The notes beneath the pieces were generated by a model. The model was not told the origin of the DNA. It did no database searches and worked only from the letters and a program-made list of their open reading frames with translations. From positions 1,504,001 to 1,568,000 of the forward strand of contig OY729431.1 of the NCBI GenBank assembly GCA_963422395.1: a DNA stretch of 64,000 nucleotides, given 5' to 3'. Positions 18,618-28,483 of this stretch are shown piece after piece. A program made the position numbers and the translations under genes. The stretch's first letter is position 1; the number at the start of each line of letters is the position of its first letter. The DNA comes from Vicinamibacteria bacterium (GTDB taxonomy: Bacteria > Acidobacteriota > Vicinamibacteria > Marinacidobacterales > Marinacidobacteraceae).

Positions 18618-19451
18618 TCATGTCCGAACCGCCAAGTCGGGACAACGGAGGCGGGCCTCGCCAGAGCGGATCCTGACCGAGGTCTTCCCGGCCTCGGCAC
18701 CGGCCCCGAAAAGGGCGGCGACCCCGAGCGTGTGGGTGCCGCTGGCGGTAGTCCAGAAATGCCAACCCCGATCGGTCGGCCCATCACCCGGCCAGCGGGC
18801 GGAGTGTGGGTAGATCGAGGCTGACGGGGAGGGCGGCGGGAGTAGGTCCCCGAGCTCGCGGATCGAGAACCCGATCCGGGAAAGGGCCGCCGGCACCGCC
18901 ACCCCGGCTGCCTTGCCCCAGGCTTCCTTCAGAGTCCAGGCGCGGAGGAAGGCCGCGCGCCGCCGCACTCTCGGCAGGGTGGTGAGCTCGGCTGCTTCGC
19001 TCGGGAGGAAGTGCCGCCGGGCAATCGCTTCGGGGCGGGTGCGCCGATCCAGCCGTTCGACATCCACCCCGACTCGGCGAGCCGAGGAGCTCCCGGCGAC
19101 CACTACGAGGCCTGCGGTGTGGGCGACGCTGACCGCGAGGGATTCGGCCCCCCCTTCGCCTGCACGCCGGCCCGCCGGCCCGCCGGCCCGCGGCGCGCCC
19201 TGCGGACTCGTCCCGGTCGCTACCTCGCGGGGTTCGATCCCGAGGATCCCGCCGGCCAGCAGGCGCAGCAGGGCGCGGCCGATGACTGTTCGCCGCCGGC
19301 CGGACTCGGTCCGGCGGCGAACGGCGCGAGCTCGATCGGAAGGTGCGAGCAGCACCTCCGCAGCTGTGGCGAGCGCGCGGTCATCCGGCGCGACGAGCAG
19401 CTCGACGGCTCCCGCCGGAGGCGAGAGGACTGCGGCAGAAAAGCGGGTCAG
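18618..19451 (-). CDS. 4'-phosphopantetheinyl transferase (Sfp-type)
   Basis: SVAHT, VGVDVE, WTLKEAWGKA. The frame is open to a CTG overlapping the hflC stop; GTG 19355 is the alternative start. Confidence 0.8.
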   Translation of the reverse strand: MTRFSAAVLSPPAGAVELLVAPDDRALATAAEVLLAPSDRARAVRRRTESGRRRTVIGRALLRLLAGGILGIEPREVATGTSPQGAPRAGGPAGRRAGEGGAESLAVSVAHTAGLVVVAGSSSARRVGVDVERLDRRTRPEAIARRHFLPSEAAELTTLPRVRRRAAFLRAWTLKEAWGKAAGVAVPAALSRIGFSIRELGDLLPPPSPSASIYPHSARWPGDGPTDRGWHFWTTASGTHTLGVAALFGAGAEAGKTSVRIRSGEARLRCPDLAVRT

Positions 19452-20377
19452 CGGGAACGGTTCAGGAATTCGAGAAATTCACTGTCGTTGCCGATGACGA
19501 GGGTGACCCTTTCGTCGAGAGCGTTGCGGTAGGTCTCGAGCGTCTTCATGAACCGGTAGAAGTCGGCGTCCCGCTGGTAGGCGCCGGCGTAGATGGCCGC
19601 AGCTTCGGCGTCGGCCCGGCCCCGGACCTCCTCGGCCTGTCGGAAGGCTTCCGATTCGATGGTCTTGAGTTCCCGCTCCCGCTGTCCCCGAACCTCGGCG
19701 GCGCGCCCCTGCCCTTCGGACCGGCTCCGTTCTGCAATCCGCTGCCGCTCCGAGATCATCCGTTCGTACACCTTGGCGCGAACTTCCTCCACATAATTGA
19801 CCCGCTTGATCCGCACATCCACGAGTTCGATGCCGAAGCTCGGAGTGACCTCCGAAGCCTTCTCGAGGATGCTGCGGGTGATGCCGTTACGTCCGAACTC
19901 GATTTCGCGGACGGCCTCTTCGTTGGCGAAGGAAACGAGGTCCTCGGTCAACTCGAAATCTCGGTTCGTGATCCGGACGATCTCGATCAGGTCATGGGTT
20001 GCGACCGCGTTCCGGGTCTCTCCATCGATGATGTCGTCGAGACGGCTCTGCGCACCGCGTTCGTCGCGGACCGACTGGAAGAACAACAGCGGGTCCGCAA
20101 TCCGCCAGCGGGCGTAGGTGTCCACCCAGATGAATTTCTTGTCTCGCGTGGTGATCTGGTTCGCGTCCCCGTCCCAGGGCAGCCAGCGCTGATCGAAGCG
20201 GGTGACCCGATGGATGAAGGGAAGCTTGAAGTGGAGGCCGGGTTCGTTCACCGCTCCACCGACCGGTTCTCCGAACTGGGTGATGATCGCCTGCTCGGTC
20301 TCGGCGATCGTGTACGTGGCGGAAAGGAGCAGGATGAGGCCGAGGAGCCCGCTGGCGGGGGCGATGAGCCGTTTCAT
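19448..20377 (-). CDS. hflC: Protease modulator HflC
   Basis: QAIITQFG, PGLHFKLPF, VYERMISERQRIA, FYRFMKTLETY. Confidence 0.95.
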   Translation of the reverse strand: MKRLIAPASGLLGLILLLSATYTIAETEQAIITQFGEPVGGAVNEPGLHFKLPFIHRVTRFDQRWLPWDGDANQITTRDKKFIWVDTYARWRIADPLLFFQSVRDERGAQSRLDDIIDGETRNAVATHDLIEIVRITNRDFELTEDLVSFANEEAVREIEFGRNGITRSILEKASEVTPSFGIELVDVRIKRVNYVEEVRAKVYERMISERQRIAERSRSEGQGRAAEVRGQRERELKTIESEAFRQAEEVRGRADAEAAAIYAGAYQRDADFYRFMKTLETYRNALDERVTLVIGNDSEFLEFLNRSR

Positions 20378-21456
20378 CGCTCTGCCCCTCCCGGGTCGGA
20401 AGGATTCGGGCCGGGAGTCCCTCGCGGCCGCAGCTCGCCGTTCAGGTTGAGAAGGGGGAGCAGGTTGGCGCCGTTTTCGTCGAGGATGACCTTCTGCCCC
20501 AGCTTCGGCATCACTTCGGCCAGAGTCTCGAGATAGAGGCGCGTTCGCGTTACCCGCGGCGCATTGCGGTACTCGGTGTGGATGGATTCGAATCGGGCCG
20601 CCTCCCCGCGGGCTCGGTTCACCCGTTCGGCGGCATAGCCCTCGGATTCCTGGAGGAGCCGCTGCGCGTCGCCGCGAGCGCGCGGGATCGCCTGGTTGTA
20701 TTCGGCGAGCGCCTCGTTGGTGAGGCGTTCCTTCTCCTGGATCGCCTCGTTGACCTCGTTGAACGAGGGCTTCACCATATCCGGCGGATTCACATCCTGC
20801 AGCACGAGCTGCTGGACGCTGATCCCGGTTTCGTAGTGGTCGTTCATTTCCTGGAGCAGCTCTTTCGCACGGGCGGCGATCCGCTCCCGGCCGACGGTGA
20901 GCACCTCGTCCACGCTGTGGTCCCCCACCACATCGCGCATCGCGGCTTCGCTCATGTCACGGAAGGTAGAGCCGATGCCCCGGACATGGAACAGATAAGC
21001 CCTCGGATCCTGAACCTTGAACTGGACGATCCACTCCACCACCGCCACATTCAGATCTCCGGTGAGCATCAGCGACTCCTCCAGGAATTGCCGCTCGTCG
21101 TACCGCGTCCGCACTCCGGCTTCCACTGTCCGGAAGCCGAATTCCTCCTTGAGCTGCCGTTCCACCGGGACCTTCGTCACCGACTCCACCAACGGAAAGA
21201 CGAAGTGCAGGCCCGGATCCGTCACCCGCGCGTAACGGCCGAATCGGGTGACCACCCCGGCCTCATCCGGCTCCAGTTGATAGACCGAAAGGAAGAAGAG
21301 CAGGAGGGCCAATACCGCTCCCGCTCCCCAGAGGACGGTGCGGCGCGACCCGCCACGGAACCGCCCGAGAATCTCTTCGAGGTCAGGCAGACCGGAGCGG
21401 TCTCCGCCGATTCCCGACCAAGGCCCATCACCTCCTGAATTTCCGTAAGTCGCCAG
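20374..21456 (-). CDS. hflK: FtsH protease modulator HflK
   Basis: GVVTRFG, SLMLTGDLN, LQDVNPP, TRTRLYLE. The N-terminal GPW..LPDLEEIL motif lies upstream of the track's start. Probable CTG start 8 nt after GGAGG. Confidence 0.92.
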   Translation of the reverse strand: MATYGNSGGDGPWSGIGGDRSGLPDLEEILGRFRGGSRRTVLWGAGAVLALLLFFLSVYQLEPDEAGVVTRFGRYARVTDPGLHFVFPLVESVTKVPVERQLKEEFGFRTVEAGVRTRYDERQFLEESLMLTGDLNVAVVEWIVQFKVQDPRAYLFHVRGIGSTFRDMSEAAMRDVVGDHSVDEVLTVGRERIAARAKELLQEMNDHYETGISVQQLVLQDVNPPDMVKPSFNEVNEAIQEKERLTNEALAEYNQAIPRARGDAQRLLQESEGYAAERVNRARGEAARFESIHTEYRNAPRVTRTRLYLETLAEVMPKLGQKVILDENGANLLPLLNLNGELRPRGTPGPNPSDPGGAER

Positions 21457-21516
21457 TGCAATCGCCTCCGTTAGATCGGGATGATAGCGTGCCGTCGAGC
21501 GGTACTATCTTCATCG

Positions 21517-22017
21517 GTGACGAATCCCGCTCCCCGTATCGGTCTCTGGATCCTGCTGTCCGCAGCCTGTTCGCCCGGCGCACTCGATCCGGAGTCGAGT
21601 CCGGCGGCACGAGAGGTCCGCGAGAGTGTTGCCGGGGGCGAAGCTGCGGAGATCGGGAGCGCCATCCGAAGCTTGCTCGCGCACCAGACCGCCGCCTGGA
21701 ACGAAGGCGACCTCGCCGCCTTCGTCGCCTTCTATCTGGATTCTCCCCGGATGCGCTTCGTCTCCGGCGGAAGCGTCCGCTACGGGATGGAGGATGTGCT
21801 GGAACGGTACCGGCGGAACTACCCCGGCCCCGCCGCGATGGGACGGCTCCGCTTCACCGATCTCGATGTCCGAGTGCTGTCGGAGGGGTTCGTGTTCGTA
21901 TTCGGCCGCTACCGCCTCGCACGCGAGGGTGACGCACCGACCGGCCTTTTCACCCTGCTCTTCGAACGCACTCCGGACGGCTGGAAGATCGTCCACGACC
22001 ACACCTCCACCGACTGA
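21517..22017 (+). CDS. NTF2-like (DUF4440/SnoaL-like) lipoprotein
   Basis: Lipobox LSAAC, AAWNEGDL, GLFTLLF..GWKIVHDHTS. Confidence 0.85.
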   Translation: MTNPAPRIGLWILLSAACSPGALDPESSPAAREVRESVAGGEAAEIGSAIRSLLAHQTAAWNEGDLAAFVAFYLDSPRMRFVSGGSVRYGMEDVLERYRRNYPGPAAMGRLRFTDLDVRVLSEGFVFVFGRYRLAREGDAPTGLFTLLFERTPDGWKIVHDHTSTD

Positions 22018-22029
22018 TCCGCGGCACAG

Positions 22030-25000
22030 TCAGCGGCCGGCGGGTCGGCGGCTCAGGTTGCGGAAGTACTCCTCGACCATCTCGCGGTAGCCCTCCGGGA
22101 CGTGCTCGGAGGCACCGGTGAGGACCTCGCTGCCCTCCGTCTCGGCAAGCGTACGGCGGAGTTCGAATTCGAGTTGGCGGAGGGTGTCGAGGACTTCAGC
22201 CTCGAGGATCTCCATGCCTCGGGGATCTCCGGCCAGCCGCTCGGGGTTCAGCCCGCGAAGCGAGGAGGCGACCTGATCGAGGCGTTCGGCAGCCCCTTCG
22301 CGGCCCGCTCCGATTCCGGTCATCGCCTGCCGCAACGCCTCCACATCCTCGATCCGCCGGCCGAGTTCGCGATCGAGCTGGCGGGTTTCGGCCGCATCGG
22401 AACCCGACTCCTCCGCAGCCCCGCCATTTTCAGGCGTCGGGCGGCCGCTCCGATCGGCGAGCCGATTCCGCATCGCCTCGAGTCCGCGAAGGAGTCCGGC
22501 GGCGCGGTCGAGGACCTGTTCCCGACCGCCGCGCTCCGATCCGCGCACCACTTCGAGGGCAGCGGTGAGCTCTTCCTCGAGCGATCTGATGTCGTCCTCG
22601 ATCATCGCTTCGAACTGATCGGCATACTCCGGAGACCTCTGGGCAGCCACACCGCGCGAGTAGTGGATCTTCTCTTTCAGTTTGCGGTTGCGGATGCCGG
22701 CGGCAGCCTGTCCCACCGCCCGCGACGCCTCGGGCTCGTCGCCGCTCCAGTCGCGGCTGACTTCATCGAGCCGCAGCTCGAGATCCTTCACTCTGTTTAC
22801 GAGTTCCTCCTTCTGTCCGGAAACCCGAGACACGGCCTCCGGGCTCCGCTCGGTTTCGAGATCCTTCACCTGGGAGCGGATTCGTTCCTGCGCCTGCCGG
22901 AGACGCCGAGCTTCGCCGGCCGCGTCCGCGACATCCCGATCGAGCCGCTCCCGCCGCTGCCCGTCGAGGTCGCGGCGAGCGCTGCGCAGACTGTTCGCAG
23001 CCGAGAGTCCGCTCGAAAGTCCGCTTTCACCGCCAGCAGCGCGCATCTGGTCGGCAGCGGTGCGAAGCCGGCGGGAGAGCGCCGCGAGGTCCGGGCGGGA
23101 CCGCTCGCGGGCGAGCCGTTCGAGCCGGCGGGCCACATCTTCGGTCTCTTCGGCCAGCCGGCCCTGCGCCGAACCCGATCCGCTCCCCGGGGGGCGAGAG
23201 CTTCGCCGCCGCCGTTCGTTTTCCTGTTCCTGACGCCGCGCGAGTTCGGCGAGCCGCTCGAGAACCTCGTCCACTTCGTCGTCCGCCGACGAACGGCGCT
23301 GCTGCTCGACGGTCTCGTACTGGTTGCGGAGCTTGTCCATCTCCAGCTCGAACAGGTCGGCGAGGTCCTCCGCCTGCGGGCGGGGGCTGCCTCCCCCGCC
23401 GCCGCCTCCCTGCGAAAAGGCGACCTGCACTTCCCGGAAGACCGCGTCGGCGCGCTGCAGGTGGGTCAGTGCCTTCTGCTCGTGGGGGAGCGCCGTCTCC
23501 GGATCACCACCGATGAGCAGCTCTTCGGCCGCTCCCATCTCGACGAGTCCGGCGTCGAGGTGTTCGAGGATCTGCCCGAATTCGGCGCTCGCCTCGATGC
23601 CGCGATTCCGCAGGCGCCGGGTCAGGGTTCCGACCTGCTCGCCGAGCCGCCCCTGCGCGAGACCGATGGTCGCCACCGTCTCCGACAGCACGGCCGCCGG
23701 CAGCTCTTCGCGGTCGCGCAGCACCTTGAAGGTAGCCACCACTACCTGCCGCTGGCGCAGGGTCAGGGTCCCGTCGAGCCCGTCTCCGGCCCCCCCGGCT
23801 CCGCCGGGCAGCGAATCCGCCTGCCGATAGGTTCGGTCGAAGGGGCGGATGGCGACGAAGAAGAGATCCGTCGAGGATTCGGCCCCGGCGCCGTCCGCAG
23901 CGAACGCGTAATAGGAGACGAGGTCGCCGGGCGCGAGTTCCTCCTCCTCGAGGAACAGCGTGTGGCCGGATTGGACCGTCTCGCGGGCGCCGCCCGAGGC
24001 GAGCACGACGCGCTTCTCCTCGCCGCCGTTCACCGACAGCCGGATCTCGAGGCGATCCACTGCGTAATCGTCCTCGGCCTGGACTTCGGTGAACACCTCT
24101 TCCACCGGACTCGCCTGGAGGTCGCGTCCGGGCCTGAGAAAACGGACGAGGGGAGGAAGATCCTCGAGAACCTCGATCGCGTAGTCTCGGGATGCGGTGC
24201 GCAACACTCCGTCCGGACCCGCGAGGGCGATGCGGTAGGAACCGCTCGTATCGATCCCGAGACTCGCGGTCAGACGGGCCGCCGCTCCGGAAGAATCCCT
24301 CTCCGGGGTGAGCGCCGTCTCCCGGGCGCCGGGCTCCCGCCGAAGCGCCCCGGTCACTCCGGAGAGGGTCGGCCACACCGTCAGGTCCACCATGGTTCCG
24401 GCGACCGCCGCGATGTCTCCGCCGTCCTCCACCTCCCGAGGGGAGAGCCCGGTGTGTGCCGGATAGCGATAGCGCAAGCTGATCCGGGACACCTGGGGCA
24501 CATGCTCGACCTCGATCCGAAAAACGGGCGACCGAACGCCCTCGGCGTCCACGAAGTAGTCGGTCGCTTCCGGGATTCCGACGAGCAGACGGCGAAAAGT
24601 TCCGCTCTCGGGATCGAGGACCATCGGAGTGGATTCCCAAGCGGCCGCCGCGCCGCCCCGGGTGCGAAGATCCACTCGTTCGGCGGTGAAGCCTTCGAGC
24701 CGGGCTTCGATCCAGCGGTCGGCGCCCACTGCGACCGCAGCGCCCTCCGGTTCGACGAACACCCGGTAGGGATTCGCGGCCGCGATGTCCGCCCAGGGAG
24801 TGAGCAGCAGGCTCGCGCCCCGGCGAATCCCCTCCGGCGCCAGCAGGGACAGTACGACGGCCGCCCCCGCCATGCCGGCGAGCGCGCCCCCCGCGCGGCG
24901 CAGTCCACTCTTCTCCACGAGCTTCCCCGCCCCGAGGGTCTCGAGGTGCTTCGCCGCATCGACGATCACCAGCCGGGTCAGCTCCGGAGATATTCCGCGG

Positions 25001-25419
25001 ACATCCGCGCCTTCCGCCGCCCCGTCGGGGCCGCCGACCCGTTTCCCGAGTTCTACTCCGCTGACCACCGCCTCGCAGAGCGTGGGGTCGTGCTCCTCGA
25101 TGTACAGCGCGACCTGTTCGTCGCTGACCTTCGAGCGGAGCGGCCGCCAGAGGAAGCGCCACACCGCACCCGCGGCCAGCAACCACACGGCCGCGGACAG
25201 CCCGCGGACGGCCCAAGGTTCGTAGCGCAGCGCATCCAACCCCGCCGAAGAGATCCCCAGAACCGCAGCGGCAGCCGCGACGAGCGCAGCCAGCCCGAGC
25301 AGCAACCGACGAGTGCGCCAGCGGGACCGAACCCGGCGGATGACCCGTACCAGGTCGGCGTACGAAGCATCGCCAAACGGCGGGCCCGGGGGCGGCTCGC
25401 GGAGTCCGAGAGAGGTCAT
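22030..25419 (-). CDS. Large membrane-anchored Ig-like/coiled-coil protein (DUF4175-like) of the MoxR locus
   Basis: N-terminal TM helices, beta-rich middle (DLPPLVRF..AEDDYAV), long coiled coils, C-terminal VPEGYREMVEEYFRNLS. Confidence 0.8.
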   Translation of the reverse strand: MTSLGLREPPPGPPFGDASYADLVRVIRRVRSRWRTRRLLLGLAALVAAAAAVLGISSAGLDALRYEPWAVRGLSAAVWLLAAGAVWRFLWRPLRSKVSDEQVALYIEEHDPTLCEAVVSGVELGKRVGGPDGAAEGADVRGISPELTRLVIVDAAKHLETLGAGKLVEKSGLRRAGGALAGMAGAAVVLSLLAPEGIRRGASLLLTPWADIAAANPYRVFVEPEGAAVAVGADRWIEARLEGFTAERVDLRTRGGAAAAWESTPMVLDPESGTFRRLLVGIPEATDYFVDAEGVRSPVFRIEVEHVPQVSRISLRYRYPAHTGLSPREVEDGGDIAAVAGTMVDLTVWPTLSGVTGALRREPGARETALTPERDSSGAAARLTASLGIDTSGSYRIALAGPDGVLRTASRDYAIEVLEDLPPLVRFLRPGRDLQASPVEEVFTEVQAEDDYAVDRLEIRLSVNGGEEKRVVLASGGARETVQSGHTLFLEEEELAPGDLVSYYAFAADGAGAESSTDLFFVAIRPFDRTYRQADSLPGGAGGAGDGLDGTLTLRQRQVVVATFKVLRDREELPAAVLSETVATIGLAQGRLGEQVGTLTRRLRNRGIEASAEFGQILEHLDAGLVEMGAAEELLIGGDPETALPHEQKALTHLQRADAVFREVQVAFSQGGGGGGGSPRPQAEDLADLFELEMDKLRNQYETVEQQRRSSADDEVDEVLERLAELARRQEQENERRRRSSRPPGSGSGSAQGRLAEETEDVARRLERLARERSRPDLAALSRRLRTAADQMRAAGGESGLSSGLSAANSLRSARRDLDGQRRERLDRDVADAAGEARRLRQAQERIRSQVKDLETERSPEAVSRVSGQKEELVNRVKDLELRLDEVSRDWSGDEPEASRAVGQAAAGIRNRKLKEKIHYSRGVAAQRSPEYADQFEAMIEDDIRSLEEELTAALEVVRGSERGGREQVLDRAAGLLRGLEAMRNRLADRSGRPTPENGGAAEESGSDAAETRQLDRELGRRIEDVEALRQAMTGIGAGREGAAERLDQVASSLRGLNPERLAGDPRGMEILEAEVLDTLRQLEFELRRTLAETEGSEVLTGASEHVPEGYREMVEEYFRNLSRRPAGR

Positions 25420-25463
25420 GAAGTCATCACTATGGGGAGGAGGAATCGGCGCTCCGGGTTCGT

Positions 25464-27527
25464 TCAGGGTCCAGTATAAGAACGCGCTCCGGATTCCCGA
25501 CGGTTCGCGGCCCACGCCTCAGCGGCGAGCAGCAGGCCGAATCCGGCGAGCAGCAGTCGCCAGGCCGGGAATCCTGCCGGCGGAATTCCAGCCGCAGCAG
25601 ATTCCTCGTTCGCCGGCACCGGGGGAGCGGCGGCGCCGATCCGCACTTCGTCTGCATCGAGAACCCGCAGATCCGATTCGCTCGGCGGCGGATTCACGGC
25701 GATCTCCCGAAACTCCGCAGAGCCCGGGCGGCGGGCGCGGAAGAACCCCGCCTGTTCCAGACGGAGCGCGGACGCCCCTCGAAGCACCGACCTCGCTCCC
25801 GAGGGGGATTCGAGCAGGAGCTCTCCCGGCTCCCCAGGGGACGGACCCCTCCCGTCGGAGGGCGCGAGGCGAAATGCCGCCGCCGGGTCCACGCTGTCTC
25901 CGACCCGGAAAGCGAGCGGGACCTCCCGATAGTCGGCGGCTACTTCGATGAGCCGGTGGAGGAAAGGCACGAAGGCCGGTCGACGGGGTAGATCGTTCCA
26001 CTCACCGCCGAACGACGAAGCGAAGACGAAAGCACGGCCCGCCCCCCGCGGGGCCGCGAGGATCGCCGGCCTTCCGTCGTCGAAGTAGGCCAGGATCTCG
26101 ACTCCGGGCCGTCCCGCCGGGAGTGCCCGATAGCGGAAGAACGCCGTGTCGGCGAGCGGCAGAGCGCCTTCCCCGACGAACGGCTCGAAGATCGGGTGCC
26201 GAATCGAGAGGTCCGCGAGGCGGCCCGCGGGCTCCCGATCCACGAACCCGGCGGACGCTGCGGGCAGCAGGTCCGGGAACGCGGACGCCGCCGCGCCGGT
26301 GCCGCGCCGGGGCCCCATCGCCATCACGAGCCCCCCGCCCTCGCTGACGAATTGCGAGAGTGCGCGGGCGGCGCCGGCGTCGAGGGCACCGGGATCCCGC
26401 ACCAGCGCCACTTGGGTTCCCCGCAGTGCCTGCCGGAGGGCCGCTTCGCCGCGCGCCGGCGCCTGCTCTAGCAAGAACGCCGGCTCGACGCTGACCGCGA
26501 GGGCTTCGCGCACATACACGAACTGCGGACCGCCGAAGTCGACGAGCCGGATCGCGGTTTCGGGGTGGATCACGAACCGGAAACCGTCGTCGCCGGAGAG
26601 CGCGTCGGCTTCGAGACGGACTTCGGCGGCGAGCGGTTCGCTCGGGCGGAGAACGGGAGCGAACTGCACCGTGATCGCACGGTCGCCGATCAGCTCCACG
26701 GAACGCCGTTCGGCAACCCGCCCGGAGAGCAGCAACTGCATGGTCGCGGTGCGCTCCGGAACCGCGGGAGAGGGAGCGAACCGGACTTCGGCGGTCACCG
26801 CGATCTCTTCCCGCCCGACCGCCGTCAGCCGGACCTCGAGAATCGAGGCGTTCGGCGGCGGGGCGCTGCCGATCCGGCGCACCCGCAGGCCGACGCCGGC
26901 GGGGAGACTCGATTCGGGGCGGCCCGCCTCGAAGCCGCTGCGCTGGAGGTCCGAGAAGAGCACCGCCTCCCGGCGGCGTCCGGGAGTTTCGGGAAGGAGC
27001 CGCCCGGAGAGCCCGAGCGCGGAGGGGAACCGGGTGCCTCCCTCCCCGGCAGCGAGCTCGGAGAGTGCCTGCCGCAGGGTAGCGAGGTCGCCGGTGAGTT
27101 CGGTGAGCGCTTCGGCCCGATCGGCGAAAGCCACGATCACCGCCCGATCATCCCGCCCCAGCTGGTCCAGCTCCTCTCCGGCGGTGCGGAGAGCTTCCTC
27201 CATCCGCCCCTCGACCCCCATGCTCAGCGAGCGGTCCACGAGCACCGCCAGGTCGAGGGGCGCCGCCGCGAAGGCTCCGGCACCCTCCGCCTCGATCCGG
27301 GGCTGCGCGAACGCCGAGGCGAGCAGGAGGATCGCCAGGCAGCGGAGAATGAGCAACGGGATGTTTCGAAAGCGCCGGCGCTTCCAACGCGCCGCGGCAC
27401 TCGTCGCCCCGAGCAACAGGAAAGATGGAAAGGCGATCGGCTCGCGGCGGCGGCGGGTCAGGTGGAGGACGACCGGCAGCGCGGCGAGCAATCCGCCGAG
27501 CAGGAAGAGGGGAGCGAGGAAACCCAC
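25464..27527 (-). CDS. BatA-domain / vWA membrane protein
   Basis: GFLAPLFL..LPVVLHL..FPS (BatA N-terminus), MIDAS DRSLSM, FSDLQ, C-terminal VNPPPSESDL plus a TM helix. Confidence 0.85.
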   Translation of the reverse strand: MGFLAPLFLLGGLLAALPVVLHLTRRRREPIAFPSFLLLGATSAAARWKRRRFRNIPLLILRCLAILLLASAFAQPRIEAEGAGAFAAAPLDLAVLVDRSLSMGVEGRMEEALRTAGEELDQLGRDDRAVIVAFADRAEALTELTGDLATLRQALSELAAGEGGTRFPSALGLSGRLLPETPGRRREAVLFSDLQRSGFEAGRPESSLPAGVGLRVRRIGSAPPPNASILEVRLTAVGREEIAVTAEVRFAPSPAVPERTATMQLLLSGRVAERRSVELIGDRAITVQFAPVLRPSEPLAAEVRLEADALSGDDGFRFVIHPETAIRLVDFGGPQFVYVREALAVSVEPAFLLEQAPARGEAALRQALRGTQVALVRDPGALDAGAARALSQFVSEGGGLVMAMGPRRGTGAAASAFPDLLPAASAGFVDREPAGRLADLSIRHPIFEPFVGEGALPLADTAFFRYRALPAGRPGVEILAYFDDGRPAILAAPRGAGRAFVFASSFGGEWNDLPRRPAFVPFLHRLIEVAADYREVPLAFRVGDSVDPAAAFRLAPSDGRGPSPGEPGELLLESPSGARSVLRGASALRLEQAGFFRARRPGSAEFREIAVNPPPSESDLRVLDADEVRIGAAAPPVPANEESAAAGIPPAGFPAWRLLLAGFGLLLAAEAWAANRRESGARSYTGP

Positions 27528-27547
27528 GAAGCGGCCGATGCCCGGAA

Positions 27548-28483
27548 TCAACGCCTCCGGCGGCGTCGTTCCCGCTCGCTGAGGTAGCGGAAGAGAGCGA
27601 AATCGAGCGGGGCGGCGGTATCGATCGGGATGTAGTCCACTCCGAGCCGACCGAATCCCGCGGCGAGCGCGCCGAGGTGCTCGTCCATGGCGTTTCGATA
27701 GGCATCCCGAATCCGCGCCGGCGAAAGATCGAGCAGAGCCCCGGTTTCGAGATCCCGGAAACGGCTTCCGGACTCTTCGAATCCCCGGGTCCCGTCGAGC
27801 CCGAGATCGCGTTCCGCCGGATCGAGGACCTGGAAGGCCATGATGTCGTGGCCGGCGGCGCGGAGGCTGCCGAAGGCGTCGAGCACCTGCTCGGGCGGTT
27901 CGTAGAAGTCGGAGATGACGGCGACCAGGCCCCGGCGGTCGAGCGCTGCTCCCAGCCTGGCGAGCGGTGCAGCGAGGCCATCGCCGGCCGGGCCGGGGGC
28001 TGCCGGAGGCTGCGCGCCCGCGAGGTGCTGCAGCACGGTGTCCAGTTGCTTCGCCGAAGGAGGGACGAACTCCCGAATGTCGGTGTCGAAGGTGGCGAGC
28101 CCCACTCGGTCGCGTTGACCGCGCGAAAAAGCCGCGAGGCATCCCGCGAGCAGGCGCGCGTAGTCCAGCTTGCGGATCCCGCGGCTGCCGAAATCCATGG
28201 AACGGGAGATGTCCACCGCAGCGACGAAGTTGGCGTTCGTGTCCGCCTCGAACTCCTTCACATGGAAACGGTCGGATCGGGCGAAGAGGCGCCAGTCCAG
28301 TCGGCGGATGTCGTCACCGGGCAGATAGGGGCGGTGTTCGGCGAAGTCCACCGAACGCCCGAAGGCCGTCGAACGGTGCAGCCCGCTGATGAATCCCTGG
28401 ACGACGGTACGCGCCACCAGGGAGAGGTTGGCGATCCGGGCGAGCGCCGCCGGATCGAGAAACCTGCTGGCCCGGGCCCGCAT
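27548..28483 (-). CDS. DUF58 domain protein
   Basis: GLHRS..GRSVDFAEHRPYLPGDDIRRLDW, DISRSM, ISDF. Confidence 0.92.
   Translation of the reverse strand: MRARASRFLDPAALARIANLSLVARTVVQGFISGLHRSTAFGRSVDFAEHRPYLPGDDIRRLDWRLFARSDRFHVKEFEADTNANFVAAVDISRSMDFGSRGIRKLDYARLLAGCLAAFSRGQRDRVGLATFDTDIREFVPPSAKQLDTVLQHLAGAQPPAAPGPAGDGLAAPLARLGAALDRRGLVAVISDFYEPPEQVLDAFGSLRAAGHDIMAFQVLDPAERDLGLDGTRGFEESGSRFRDLETGALLDLSPARIRDAYRNAMDEHLGALAAGFGRLGVDYIPIDTAAPLDFALFRYLSERERRRRRR

Noticed and set aside
22102-25479. 1125-aa plus-strand ORF, and similar long ORFs such as 30311-33205, 27425-29608 and 61197-63233
   Set aside because: They are antisense shadows of well-supported genes, expected in high-GC DNA, and carry no recognisable motifs.
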